Shown: positions 30,010-39,467, counted from the stretch's first letter. The stretch: DNA of 64,000 nt from Bacteroidales bacterium (GCA_025210735.1 JAOARD010000040.1:27347-91346); one strand, 5' to 3'. Notes: generated by a model from the letters alone, not told the origin. Translations and numbers: made by a program.

Positions 30010-30318
30010 ATGCAAGGATTTATAGGAGGTAGCTTTGCAAGATATATAAGAGGAGAGGAATCACATTATAATGATATTGATATGTATTTTGATTATAATC
30101 AGTTGCCCGAGTTGATATCTCATCTTACAAGTATTGGTGTTGCAATATCAGAGCATAATGGAAATGGGGTTATATGGTGCTCTACCATACACAATAACAT
30201 GGATATTATTGTATTTCAGCCAGATTTTGAATATGAAACAGAGCAAGTAATGGGATTTACTCTGTTGACATCAGAAACTATAGATAATATATATAGGTAT
30301 GCAGCAAGCATTAAGTGA
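30010..30318 (+). CDS. Minimal nucleotidyltransferase-fold protein, paralog 1
   Basis: GGSFARYIRGEESHYNDIDMYFD matches the Pol-beta/MNT hG[GS]x(9-13)DhD motif and NMDIIVF supplies the third carboxylate; start abuts the fibre stop. Confidence 0.5.
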   Translation: MQGFIGGSFARYIRGEESHYNDIDMYFDYNQLPELISHLTSIGVAISEHNGNGVIWCSTIHNNMDIIVFQPDFEYETEQVMGFTLLTSETIDNIYRYAASIK

Positions 30319-30350
30319 GAGAAGAGATTTTATCTCTCTTCTTTCTTAAA
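30317..30350 (+). terminator. Hairpin plus T-run between nucleotidyltransferase paralogs 1 and 2
   Basis: GAGAGAAGAGATTTTATCTCTCTTCTTTCTT. Confidence 0.5.
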
Positions 30351-30361
30351 AACAATTTATT

Positions 30362-30703
30362 ATGCAAGGATTTATAGGAGGTAGCTTTGCTAAGTATATA
30401 AGAGAAGAAGTTACGCAGTATAACGATATTGATATATACTTTGATTATAGTCAGTTCATTGAACTTATGCCTGAATTGATGAAAAGAGGGGTTGCTCTGT
30501 CAGAACACCCGGATCATAAGATAGTAGCTTTTACGGCTAAACATAAGGGTATTGATGTTATGGTGTTTAAATCAGATTTTGAATACAAAATAGAGCAAGT
30601 AATGGGTTTTACGCTTTTAACAAAAGATACGATGGATAAGATATACAAAAATGCAGAAATGCGTAGATTGTTAAGAGAGCGTATGTTAAGTAAAAAAAGG
30701 TGA
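30362..30703 (+). CDS. Minimal nucleotidyltransferase-fold protein, paralog 2
   Basis: GGSFAKYIREEVTQYNDIDIYFD ... GIDVMVF; about 50% identical to paralog 1. Confidence 0.5.
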   Translation: MQGFIGGSFAKYIREEVTQYNDIDIYFDYSQFIELMPELMKRGVALSEHPDHKIVAFTAKHKGIDVMVFKSDFEYKIEQVMGFTLLTKDTMDKIYKNAEMRRLLRERMLSKKR

Positions 30704-30708
30704 TATTT

Positions 30709-31035
30709 ATGTATACAGCAAAAGGGTTTATAGGTGGTAGTTTTGCCAAATTTATAAGACAGGAGGTACCTGATTATAACGATATTGATATCTACTTTGA
30801 TTTTGATCAGTTACCTGAACTTATGGCAGAGCTTACTGCAAAAGGAGTTGGTGTTATTGAACATCCTGATAATGAAATTGTATCATTTTCAGCACAGCAT
30901 AACGGATTTGATATTATGGTATTTAATCCCGATTTTGAATATGGGACAGAGGATCTGGTTGGCTTTACTCTGTTAAGCAGAGCTACAATGGATAGGATTT
31001 ATAGTTATGCAGCAGAGATAGATAGTAAAGTATAG
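30709..31035 (+). CDS. Minimal nucleotidyltransferase-fold protein, paralog 3
   Basis: GGSFAKFIRQEVPDYNDIDIYFD ... GFDIMVF; ATG at 30709 preferred over the GTG at 30700. Confidence 0.5.
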   Translation: MYTAKGFIGGSFAKFIRQEVPDYNDIDIYFDFDQLPELMAELTAKGVGVIEHPDNEIVSFSAQHNGFDIMVFNPDFEYGTEDLVGFTLLSRATMDRIYSYAAEIDSKV

Positions 31036-31232
31036 TTTTATATGTAACTACACCACTCTGTTTAGTATAATAGTCTGAAACTGACAAAATAATGATATGT
31101 GTCAATTTTATGAATACAATATTGTATAGGTAATAATAATTATGTAAATTGAAGAGTGATTATTGTAGAGTTAACCCCGACAATGCACATCGGGTATTAA
31201 TTTAGTGTAATAATCCGTAACAGATCTAAAAG

Positions 31233-31268
31233 GTAATAGCCTCAGTATTGAGGCTATTACTGTTTTAT
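31233..31268. terminator. Bidirectional terminator between tail module and flotillin gene
   Basis: GTAATAGCCTCAGTATTGAGGCTATTAC followed by TGTTTTA. Confidence 0.6.
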
Positions 31269-31283
31269 ATTGTAAGATTTAAC

Positions 31284-32717
31284 TTATTCATTAATACCTT
31301 CAGGTTTGTCTTCAGAGATTACTTTAGCCTCTTCAACCGATTCTGTGTTCTCAGTACCTTTACCTTTTAGATATGATGGAAGCTCCATACCAGCCATCTT
31401 AAACAGCTCTTCGAATGGAGGAATTGATCCTAGCATTCCTGAAAGGAAGTTTGCAGATGTAGGTGTTTTACCATCTTTACCGCTCGACATATTATCCCAT
31501 ACGGTAATTTTGTCAATCTTAAGATTCTTAACAGCCTCAACCTGTGTTTTAACAAGCTCAGGAAGTTTGTCAGCTATCATAAGCATTACAGCATCAGATG
31601 CATTATCGCCACTGGCAGCAACAAGTTTCTGGAAACCTTCTGCCTGCTTACTTAATACCTCATAAATACCTTTCGCTTCAGCCTCCATTTTCAGATATAT
31701 AGCATCTGCCTCTCCTTTTGCATGTCTTCTTGTCTGCTCTGCAATAGCCTCAGCAGCAATCTGAACTTTCTCTTTGTCAACCTCAGCAGGTACAATAATA
31801 TCTGCTGTTTGCGACTCTTTATCTCTCTGTGCTCTGGAAATCTCAGCCTCTTTCTCTGCAGCATATGCCTCTTCAAGAGCTTTTGCCTGACTCACCTTCT
31901 CAGCAGCAACGGCTTTACGTTCAGCCTCAGCCTCTTTCTCACGTCTGTCGGCATCTGAGTTTGCAATTGTAATCTTTGCAGTGTTCTCCCCTTCAACAGC
32001 CGATGCATCAGCACGTGCAACCTGAACCCTCTGATCCTGCATTGCATTTGCCTCACCAATAGAACCGTCTCTGTTTTTCTCAGCAACACTCTTCTTAGCG
32101 TCGTTAATTGCTTTTGCAGCAGCCTCTTTTCCAAGAGCATCAATATAACCAGACTCATCGTTGATGTCGGTAACGTTAACGTTAATTAACTTAAGACCAA
32201 TTTTCTTAAGTTCTGCTTCTACATTTGACGATACAGCCTCAAGGAACTTGTCACGATTACTGTTTATCTCTTCAATATCCATTGTTGCAACAACCAGACG
32301 AAGCTGTCCGAATATGATATCTTTAGCAAGATTACTTACATCATCTTGTGAAAGACCAAGAAGACGCTCAGCAGCATTTGTCATAATACCAGATTCTGTA
32401 GATATACCAACAGTAAACCTTGAAGGAACATCAACCCTGATATTCTGCTTACTCAGTGCATTTGTAAGGTTAATCTCAATTGAGATAGGTGTAAGGTCAA
32501 GGAAGTCGTAATCCTGAATAATTGGCCATACAAATGCAGCACCTCCGTGTATACATTTTGCAGATCGTGATTCTGAAGTACCACCTTTACCTACTTTACC
32601 ATAAACAACAAGAACTCTGTCAGAAGGACATCGTTTGTATCTTCTGAAGAATGAAATGATTAAAATAAATACGAATAGTATTGCCGCAGCAATAACAAAA
32701 ACTAAATATTGACCCAT
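31284..32717 (-). CDS. Flotillin / SPFH (band 7) domain protein
   Basis: N-terminal TM, SPFH domain, long Ala/Glu/Lys coiled coil (AEAERKAVAAEKVSQAKALEEAYAAEKEAE). Confidence 0.85.
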   Translation of the reverse strand: MGQYLVFVIAAAILFVFILIISFFRRYKRCPSDRVLVVYGKVGKGGTSESRSAKCIHGGAAFVWPIIQDYDFLDLTPISIEINLTNALSKQNIRVDVPSRFTVGISTESGIMTNAAERLLGLSQDDVSNLAKDIIFGQLRLVVATMDIEEINSNRDKFLEAVSSNVEAELKKIGLKLINVNVTDINDESGYIDALGKEAAAKAINDAKKSVAEKNRDGSIGEANAMQDQRVQVARADASAVEGENTAKITIANSDADRREKEAEAERKAVAAEKVSQAKALEEAYAAEKEAEISRAQRDKESQTADIIVPAEVDKEKVQIAAEAIAEQTRRHAKGEADAIYLKMEAEAKGIYEVLSKQAEGFQKLVAASGDNASDAVMLMIADKLPELVKTQVEAVKNLKIDKITVWDNMSSGKDGKTPTSANFLSGMLGSIPPFEELFKMAGMELPSYLKGKGTENTESVEEAKVISEDKPEGINE

Positions 32718-32734
32718 AATTTTTGATAGATTAT

Positions 32735-33328
32735 TTAATTACTACTAGATTTTACTAATAATATCTCTCCGTTAATAACATCTGTAACCTCAACAACAGC
32801 TCCTGTAGGAATCTCTGTTTCGTTATCGGTAACAGCATCCATTGTTCTTAATCCCTGTATCATAACCTGTATTTTTCCCATACCAGAACGTTTCTGGGGT
32901 ATACGCAGGTATACAGTGGCAGTTTTACCAATTGCATGATTAATGTTCATTGTGCCATTATGGGTAAGTTTGCCCATAAAGTATGCAATAGAAGCCATAA
33001 CAGTCATCATAATAATTCCTGCAAGGGTTGATACAAGAATTGTAATGCCTGTACTTGTACCTCCTTTTAAACACGCAATACCTGTCCAGCCAAATATTGT
33101 GAAGAATGCAACAAGGTTTTTTAATGACAGGAACTGAAATTCTATTCCTGTATCTCCTTCAATGGCAGCATCGGCATCACCATCTGCTTCAATACCATCA
33201 ATATCTCCACCAAAAAAGGTAAGAATTATCTGTATTACAAATATCAAGGAGAAAGGAACTGCAAAGCACCAATATAATTTCTCTATTAGAGCCATTGCTT
33301 CCCACGATTCTGAAATTGATAACAACAT
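32735..33328 (-). CDS. NfeD-family membrane protein (flotillin partner, YqiJ-like)
   Basis: TM helices plus C-terminal OB-fold-like beta region; immediately upstream of flotillin in the same orientation. Confidence 0.65.
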   Translation of the reverse strand: MLLSISESWEAMALIEKLYWCFAVPFSLIFVIQIILTFFGGDIDGIEADGDADAAIEGDTGIEFQFLSLKNLVAFFTIFGWTGIACLKGGTSTGITILVSTLAGIIMMTVMASIAYFMGKLTHNGTMNINHAIGKTATVYLRIPQKRSGMGKIQVMIQGLRTMDAVTDNETEIPTGAVVEVTDVINGEILLVKSSSN

Positions 33329-33499
33329 ATTTTAAATATTTAAGTGAAATGCGGACGAAAAATGTTTAGGGGCATCTTTAGTCGATTGTTTAACTTTTGT
33401 ACGAATATACTGAAGTTTTCTTAACTTTAATATAATTGATATTGTTTTTAGTAGACGAATTATTTAATGTGATAGGAACAATTTATCTGGTGATAAATT

Positions 33500-33593
33500 T
33501 TGAAATGAAGCATGAGAATAGTCATTCACACACACGGAGATGATTATAAATGCGAGTTCCATCTGGCAAATAAAAAACAATTATAATCAGATG
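33500..33593 (+). repeat. Conserved start-codon-proximal element, copy C
   Basis: TGAAATGAAGCATGAGAATAGTCATTCACACACACGGAGATGATTATAAATGCGAGTTCCATCTGGCAAATAAAAAACAATTATAATCAGATG. Confidence 0.8.
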
Positions 33594-34088
33594 AAAACAG
33601 TACAGGCATTGCTACTAGTGTATTTTGTTATAAGCGTAGGTAACCTATACGCTAAACCCAATAAAAATTATTGTGACTCAATAGATGTAAACAATGACAC
33701 GATAATTGATTTTGTTATTGAAAACAGGTTACAAACAACAATGGATTTGGGATCTAAACCAATAACTATTGTTTCAATTCGTCCATTAAATAGTAATATG
33801 TTACTGTATAAACCGTATGTAGGATACCTGTTTCTTGGTAGAGGCGATACTATAACAAAATCTGACAGAAAAGAGTATGTCTGGACAAAATACAGAGCAG
33901 ATTTACTAAATGGTTACAATAATAATTGGAAGGTAATAGGAGAGTGTAAAGAGTTATGCTATATCGGAATAAAGATCTATGTAAGAGAAGAGTGTAATAT
34001 TGGTTGGTTAATATTAGATATTGATCAGGGCAACATAGCAGTTTCTGAAATGAAGTTGTTAACTGAAGATATTGTTGTAATAGAGTAG
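33591..34088 (+). CDS. Secreted hypothetical protein (signal peptide; start revised to MKTVQALLL)
   Basis: Signal peptide MKTVQALLLVYFVISVGNLYA; the ATG at 33591 coincides with the end of element copy C, as in the other copies. Confidence 0.5.
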   Translation: MKTVQALLLVYFVISVGNLYAKPNKNYCDSIDVNNDTIIDFVIENRLQTTMDLGSKPITIVSIRPLNSNMLLYKPYVGYLFLGRGDTITKSDRKEYVWTKYRADLLNGYNNNWKVIGECKELCYIGIKIYVREECNIGWLILDIDQGNIAVSEMKLLTEDIVVIE

Positions 34089-34125
34089 GGTGAAACATAT
34101 ATTATTTCACCCTATATATCTTGTT

Positions 34126-34722
34126 CTAGTTAAGTATAATTTTATACCCAACTGTGATTGCAAAAGGTAGAGGTTCTGTGTATTTCTCTATATTGTAGTG
34201 CGATTGGTAATAGTCATTATGGTTTTTATATTCAGAATCTCTTATTGGAATTAATAATCCAAAAGTCCAGTACCCTGGCGATGTTGGTCTGAATTTTAGA
34301 TCTATTCCACCACCAAATGTATAACCATAAAATAGTTTGTCAGCACGTTTGAGACCTTTGATTTTGTATGCTAAATTGTAACCATACATACCTATGAAGA
34401 AAGGATTAACTAATCCTCTCTTTGTTATCATTCTTACTTTTATTCCGGCATTGTAACCTGCACCAGCAAGAGCATATCCAACACCGCCAAATATTCCAAT
34501 GTTTTTTTGAGGATATACTATCAGGTTTGCACCAATACCACCGTAATCAAGTCCAAGTCCAAAACCAAGCGATACAATATCGGGTTTGTTCTCTTCTTCA
34601 TATATAATTTGTGCTGAAGAGTTTAAGTTTGTTAATACTGTAAAAACAAAAAGAGTAATAAAAATTTTTTTCATAATGTGTTTTCTTCTAATGATATGTT
34701 CTGTGTTATATAAGCGGCGCAA
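34126..34722 (-). CDS. Outer-membrane beta-barrel (porin-family) protein
   Basis: Signal peptide, alternating hydrophobic beta-strands, Gly/Tyr-rich, C-terminal aromatic residue. Confidence 0.55.
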   Translation of the reverse strand: MRRLYNTEHIIRRKHIMKKIFITLFVFTVLTNLNSSAQIIYEEENKPDIVSLGFGLGLDYGGIGANLIVYPQKNIGIFGGVGYALAGAGYNAGIKVRMITKRGLVNPFFIGMYGYNLAYKIKGLKRADKLFYGYTFGGGIDLKFRPTSPGYWTFGLLIPIRDSEYKNHNDYYQSHYNIEKYTEPLPFAITVGYKIILN

Positions 34723-34861
34723 AAATATTTATTTAATGTTAAAACGCAATTTTTTATGTGAGTTTATTATCAAATAACCGTACTAATATCTTCTATTGTT
34801 ATGTGTTTATTAGATGGATATTGATTAATTTTCAGAGATTAATTAACGAAATAACCTAAAC

Positions 34862-36190
34862 ATGAAGTCATTAAACTTACACTTTTTTATAGCCATATTT
34901 TTGTTGGTGATTTATGGTTGTAGTGCAGATAAAGCAGTAGATACCCTTATTAAGAATGTTTGTATTGTTGATGTAAAAGAGGGTGTTGTTACCGAGCCTT
35001 TAAATATTGCAATTGATAATGGAACTATTGTTGATATTGGCAAAACGTATAGTGCAGAAACCGTAATTGATTGTACTGGCAAATATGTTATTCCCGGACT
35101 ATTTGATTGCCATACACACTTAGCTAATCTTGAGCTGTTTGGAGATAGTTTAAAGGGTGATATTCTTAAAGGTTTTGTAAAAAAAGGAGTTATGTATGTG
35201 CGCGACGTTGGAGGACCAATAGATGTTATAGACAATATGAGTAACCAGATTAACTCTGGTGATATTTGTGGTCCAGAGATATTTTATACAGGACCAATGC
35301 TTGAGAGCAGTCCTTTGACATGGGAGAGACAAAATGCCAGATTGCCGGATTTTACAGTTGCAATAAATTCTAAAAGTGATGCTGATTCAATAATAGATAT
35401 TTTATCTGGTAAAGGAGCAACAATGATAAAGACATTCAAAAAGTTTAAACCAGAATTGTATAGATATATTGTAACTGTAGCTCATAAACATGGCCTACGT
35501 GTTGTACATGATCCGGGAGGACCTCTGTTTCATCCAATACCTGTTGATAAAGCAACGGAGTTTGGTGCAAACTCTATAGAACATGCAAAGGCTTTATGGC
35601 CGGCTGTACTTAAGGATACTTTTAAATATCGTCATGATAGTTTTATGCTTTCTGTGGATACCGACAGAGAAGCAATGGTTAAGTTGGTAGGAGAGATTGT
35701 TGATGCGGGTGTTGAATCCGTATCAAAGGATAAAATAATTAAGGTCGGTAATGCAATGGTAAGATACAATGTTTATATGTGTCCCACATTTTATGCATTG
35801 GCATCTATGAGTGAAGAAGAACCGGATCCGAATAATAAACAGCAGGTTTTTATTAATAAAATGCGTAAAGCAATGCATGATGTTGGAGTTATGTTTGTGA
35901 GTGAGTTAAATAATGTGGGTGTGAATATGCTTGTTGGTCAGGATAATATAAAACCAGAAGGTACTGTTGCTGAGATGAAACTAATGAAGGAAGCAGGAAT
36001 TTCAGATATTGATATTCTTAGAGGAGCAACAATATTGCCTGCCCGCTGGCTTGGTATTGATAATAAGTATGGATCTGTAGGAAAAGGAAAAAAAGCAGAT
36101 ATATTAATACTTAATAGTAATCCACTGGTTGATATTGACGCTGTTGCTAATATTCATAAAGTTGTACATAGAGGTAAGTTTTTACTATAG
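34862..36190 (+). CDS. Amidohydrolase family metallo-hydrolase (secreted/lipoprotein)
   Basis: Signal peptide with lipobox-like YGCS; metal-ligand motif CHTHLAN near N-terminus and HD pair later. Confidence 0.75.
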   Translation: MKSLNLHFFIAIFLLVIYGCSADKAVDTLIKNVCIVDVKEGVVTEPLNIAIDNGTIVDIGKTYSAETVIDCTGKYVIPGLFDCHTHLANLELFGDSLKGDILKGFVKKGVMYVRDVGGPIDVIDNMSNQINSGDICGPEIFYTGPMLESSPLTWERQNARLPDFTVAINSKSDADSIIDILSGKGATMIKTFKKFKPELYRYIVTVAHKHGLRVVHDPGGPLFHPIPVDKATEFGANSIEHAKALWPAVLKDTFKYRHDSFMLSVDTDREAMVKLVGEIVDAGVESVSKDKIIKVGNAMVRYNVYMCPTFYALASMSEEEPDPNNKQQVFINKMRKAMHDVGVMFVSELNNVGVNMLVGQDNIKPEGTVAEMKLMKEAGISDIDILRGATILPARWLGIDNKYGSVGKGKKADILILNSNPLVDIDAVANIHKVVHRGKFLL

Positions 36191-36210
36191 TTAGTTAAGA
36201 TTAAAACTTA

Positions 36211-36246
36211 ATAAGGTTGTCTTTGATGAGGCAACCTTATTTTTTG
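36211..36246 (+). terminator. Rho-independent terminator after amidohydrolase gene
   Basis: ATAAGGTTGTCTTTGATGAGGCAACCTTATTTTTTG. Confidence 0.7.
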
Positions 36247-36409
36247 TATAAATATATTTATTGTATAGGTATTTATTATTATGTTTTTATATATTTGAAT
36301 GTCGGTCATCACCTTCCTGTATACGCCACACAATATAATGATGTCTGACAATCAGGACTTGTAATTATCTCTGATATTAAAGAAAACTTAAACAGACGAA
36401 AACATTATT

Positions 36410-36652
36410 ATGGAAACATTCAATAAAATACTTAAACTTGAGCAGATACATCAACTTATAAAATTAAGGTCAACCGGAAATGCTCAGGAGTTTAGTAATA
36501 AAATGGGGATAAGTGTGGCAACACTGAAAAGAGAGATTAACACTATGAGAAAGTTAGGCTGCCCCATAAAATACTGTCGTTATAGCAGGTCATATTATTA
36601 TGAATATGAAGGCGAAATGAACCTGCAATTCAGAAGACGTAACAGAGTGTAA
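36410..36652 (+). CDS. Small HTH protein upstream of lanC (candidate cluster regulator)
   Basis: 80 aa; NAQEFSNKMGISVATLKREINTMRKLG helix-turn-helix. Confidence 0.45.
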   Translation: METFNKILKLEQIHQLIKLRSTGNAQEFSNKMGISVATLKREINTMRKLGCPIKYCRYSRSYYYEYEGEMNLQFRRRNRV

Positions 36653-36882
36653 TTGTTAAAAAAAACAAAAAAACATCACCGTATCAATTTATGACACGGT
36701 ACCATATTATGTTTGTAATATAGTTTTTTAAAGGACAACCCAAATACATCTAATGAGTTTGATTTACATTTCAGAATACAGAATAAAACATTGTTTATCA
36801 GGTATCGGATAAGAATATATTTATTATATCTGATGGTGTAGGGTAGTCATAGTTTTTATAATTATATCTATTTATAAAATTT

Positions 36883-38082
36883 ATGTGGAAACCGTTAAAT
36901 GTTGAGAATAAAGAGAGAGCAGATCAGGTATTAAACAGTATTGCAGACACTTTATACAGCTACGATTTTAATCAGGTTGGTATTGGTCTGATGGGAGGAA
37001 AAGCTGGTATAGCTCTGTTTATGTATTACTATTACAGATATACCAATAATGAGAAGTATCTTGATAAAGCCAATGAGTATATAGAGTCGGATTTTGAACA
37101 AATAAACAATGGATTCTCTTTTGGAACACATGCCGGAGGTATTTCAGGAATACTGTATGCATTAAGTATAATAAAAGAGGAAGGATTTGTTGATATTGAT
37201 AAAGAGTTATTTCAGGAGTTTGATACATATCTTTCAGAAAGTATAACAAATTGTTTTAAGAATAATAATTATGATTTTCTTCATGGAGCTTTGGGCTATG
37301 GAATTTTCTTTCTAAGATATCCGGAGTTATATATAGACAACCTTGAAAAAGCGTTTGATAACCTTAAAGATATGGCAACCGATTTTAAGGAGAATGGTGT
37401 TGCCTGGCATTCTGTTAACTCTCATGCCAATTTTGAGGGATATAACTTGAGCTTATCACATGGGTTATCCAGTATAATTCACTTTCTGGCAAAGTTATAT
37501 GAACATGATATATGTAAAGATCGTGTTTATAATCTATTGAAAGAGGCTGTTAAATACCTTTTCTACAATCTTCAGCCTGTTGATGAAATAGGGTCTTACT
37601 TTCCTGCATGGTCAGATCCGGGAGTTTATGAATGGAGCCGTATGGCTTGGTGCTATGGCGATATGGGAATAGCAGCATCTCTTTGGCAGGTGGGATATAT
37701 TACAGGTAATGATGAATGGAGAGAGAAAGCAGAAGAGGTATTACTATTCTCAGCAAACCGTAGAGATGTAATGAAAGAACTTGTAAGAGATGCAGGACTT
37801 TGTCATGGCTCAGCAGGTTTGGCTCTTATGTTTCATAGAATGTACAACTATACTCAACGAATAGAATTTAAAGAGACTGCTGAATATTGGGTGGATGTAA
37901 CATTTAAATTCTCTAATAGTGAAGATGGTGTTGCTGGTTTTAAAGCTTACAGGCCAGCAAATTCTGAAGGAAATACAAAAGAGACAGGGATGTTAGAAGG
38001 AGCGGCCGGAGTAGGTTTAAGTCTTATATCTGCAATGTCTGAGATAGAACCTAAGTGGGATGCTACACTATTATTGAGCTAA
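36883..38082 (+). CDS. lanC: Class I lanthipeptide cyclase LanC
   Basis: LanC zinc-ligand motifs WCYGDMG and GLCHGSAG plus Gly-rich repeats (GGKAGIALF, HGALGYGIFFL) of the alpha-toroid. Confidence 0.85.
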   Translation: MWKPLNVENKERADQVLNSIADTLYSYDFNQVGIGLMGGKAGIALFMYYYYRYTNNEKYLDKANEYIESDFEQINNGFSFGTHAGGISGILYALSIIKEEGFVDIDKELFQEFDTYLSESITNCFKNNNYDFLHGALGYGIFFLRYPELYIDNLEKAFDNLKDMATDFKENGVAWHSVNSHANFEGYNLSLSHGLSSIIHFLAKLYEHDICKDRVYNLLKEAVKYLFYNLQPVDEIGSYFPAWSDPGVYEWSRMAWCYGDMGIAASLWQVGYITGNDEWREKAEEVLLFSANRRDVMKELVRDAGLCHGSAGLALMFHRMYNYTQRIEFKETAEYWVDVTFKFSNSEDGVAGFKAYRPANSEGNTKETGMLEGAAGVGLSLISAMSEIEPKWDATLLLS

Positions 38083-38143
38083 TGATATAAGCGTATGCCG
38101 AAAAGCTATAATAGAGTAGGCGGTTAATATAAATTGAAAAGTT

Positions 38144-38305
38144 ATGAGAAAGCTAAAGTTATCATTAAAGAAGGAAATTATTTCTGATTTAGAGGCAAAT
38201 AAAGTTAAAGGAGGAGGAAACAATCCAAGAGAAACTTTTACTGGATGTCCTGCAAAGTACACTGACGATTGTCCTTCTGGTCCTAAATGTACCCTAGAGT
38301 GTTAG
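38144..38305 (+). CDS. lanA: Lanthipeptide precursor LanA-1 (53 aa, below ORF-track cutoff)
   Basis: MRKLKLSLKKEIISDLEANKVKGGGNNPRETFTGCPAKYTDDCPSGPKCTLEC read from sequence; conserved leader, Cys/Thr/Ser-rich core. Confidence 0.75.
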   Translation: MRKLKLSLKKEIISDLEANKVKGGGNNPRETFTGCPAKYTDDCPSGPKCTLEC

Positions 38306-38373
38306 ACTTAATCTAAACTAGCGTAAGCCGAAAAGCTATAACAGAGTAGGCGACACCAACAAATATACAGATT

Positions 38374-38592
38374 ATGAGAAAGTTAAAATTGACACTTAAA
38401 AAAGAGATTATTTCTGATCTTGAGTCAAAAGAGGTTAAAGGAGGAAAACCTTTAGATACTGGTAACTGTGTAACACAGCAAGTAGCTTGTGTTACAAGAC
38501 AGAATGTTTACAGTTGTATAGGTTGTTTACCTACAGGAGACTGCGAAACAAAGGTGCCTGTTTGCTTCACAATAGATGATTGTGAGTCATAA
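38374..38592 (+). CDS. lanA: Lanthipeptide precursor LanA-2
   Basis: Leader MRKLKLTLKKEIISDLESKEVKGG; core with 7 Cys. Confidence 0.8.
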   Translation: MRKLKLTLKKEIISDLESKEVKGGKPLDTGNCVTQQVACVTRQNVYSCIGCLPTGDCETKVPVCFTIDDCES

Positions 38593-38796
38593 ACAACAGA
38601 TGTTATTAGAAAATTAAAGTTTTCTGAGGGAGAGTTTTTTAATCTAATGGAGAATATAAAACTCTCTCCAATACTTTATAAAAGCTATTAGAACTTCACT
38701 ATAAGATAAGAATATATTATTGAGTGTTAGTATACAAAAAAATAGCGGTGACCGAAAAGCTATAATAGAGTAGGAAAAAATTAAAAAACCAAAATT

Positions 38797-38997
38797 ATGC
38801 GAAAACTAAAATTATCTTTAAAGAAAGAGGTTATCTCTGATCTTGAATCAGTAAGAGGTGGTAATATGAATAACAGAACATGGACTATTCCGGGAACATG
38901 TTGTATTAATCCTGATCCATCAAGAAGAGACGATACTTGCGAGACCAGACACTGTCAGTCTGTAGAGTGTGAGTATACAGAGATTAATTGCATGTAA
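38797..38997 (+). CDS. lanA: Lanthipeptide precursor LanA-3 (TIPGTCC subfamily)
   Basis: Leader ...SDLESVRGG; core NRTWTIPGTCCINPDPSRRDDTCETRHCQSVECEYTEINCM. Confidence 0.8.
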   Translation: MRKLKLSLKKEVISDLESVRGGNMNNRTWTIPGTCCINPDPSRRDDTCETRHCQSVECEYTEINCM

Positions 38998-39015
38998 TTT
39001 AACATATAGTGCAAG

Positions 39016-39219
39016 ATGAGAAAATTAAAATTAACACTAAAGAAAGAGATTATCTCTGACCTTGAAGCAAAAGAGATAAAGGGTGGTGCAAATACATTAG
39101 ATCAGTGCCAGACTCAAGGAGCGTCTTGTTTGACAAATTGCGAAATTGATACTTGTATTGATTGCTTTATGACTAATGGTTGTGAATCAGTTCCTTGTAC
39201 AAAGGCTGATTGTCTGTAA
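39016..39219 (+). CDS. lanA: Lanthipeptide precursor LanA-4
   Basis: Leader ...EAKEIKGG; core ANTLDQCQTQGASCLTNCEIDTCIDCFMTNGCESVPCTKADCL. Confidence 0.8.
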   Translation: MRKLKLTLKKEIISDLEAKEIKGGANTLDQCQTQGASCLTNCEIDTCIDCFMTNGCESVPCTKADCL

Positions 39220-39241
39220 CTAATAATTAAAAACCAAAATT

Positions 39242-39445
39242 ATGCGAAAATTAAAATTAACACTAAAGAAAGAGATTATCTCTGATCTTGAAGCAAAAGA
39301 GATAAAGGGTGGTGCAAATACATTAGATCAGTGCCAGACTCAAGGAGCGTCTTGTTTGACAAATTGCGAAATTGATACTTGTATTGATTGCCTTATGACT
39401 AATGGTTGTGAATCAGTTTCTTGTACAAAAGCTGATTGTCTGTAA
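39242..39445 (+). CDS. lanA: Lanthipeptide precursor LanA-5 (near-identical duplicate of LanA-4, 2 aa differences)
   Basis: Core differs only F/L and P/S from LanA-4; flanking DNA also duplicated. Confidence 0.8.
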   Translation: MRKLKLTLKKEIISDLEAKEIKGGANTLDQCQTQGASCLTNCEIDTCIDCLMTNGCESVSCTKADCL

Positions 39446-39467
39446 CTAATAATTAAAAACCAAAATT

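Noticed and set aside
15440-31272. Interpretation as an extracellular contractile injection system (eCIS/PVC/Afp-like)
   Set aside because: No AAA+ ATPase (Afp15-like), no LysM/gp27-gp5-PAAR set, and a phage-style G/GT frameshift chaperone is present. Cannot be fully excluded without structure prediction.
31306-32511. Several + strand ORFs (31306-31665, 31722-31958, 32161-32511) antisense to the flotillin gene
   Set aside because: Serine/leucine-rich low-complexity translations of the coiled-coil coding strand's complement. Typical antisense artefacts.
33540-33590. Upstream start (MIINASSIWQIKNNYNQ) for the ORF at 33540
   Set aside because: It lies inside the conserved upstream element. The downstream ATG at 33591 gives a canonical signal peptide and matches the element-to-ATG junction of the other copies.
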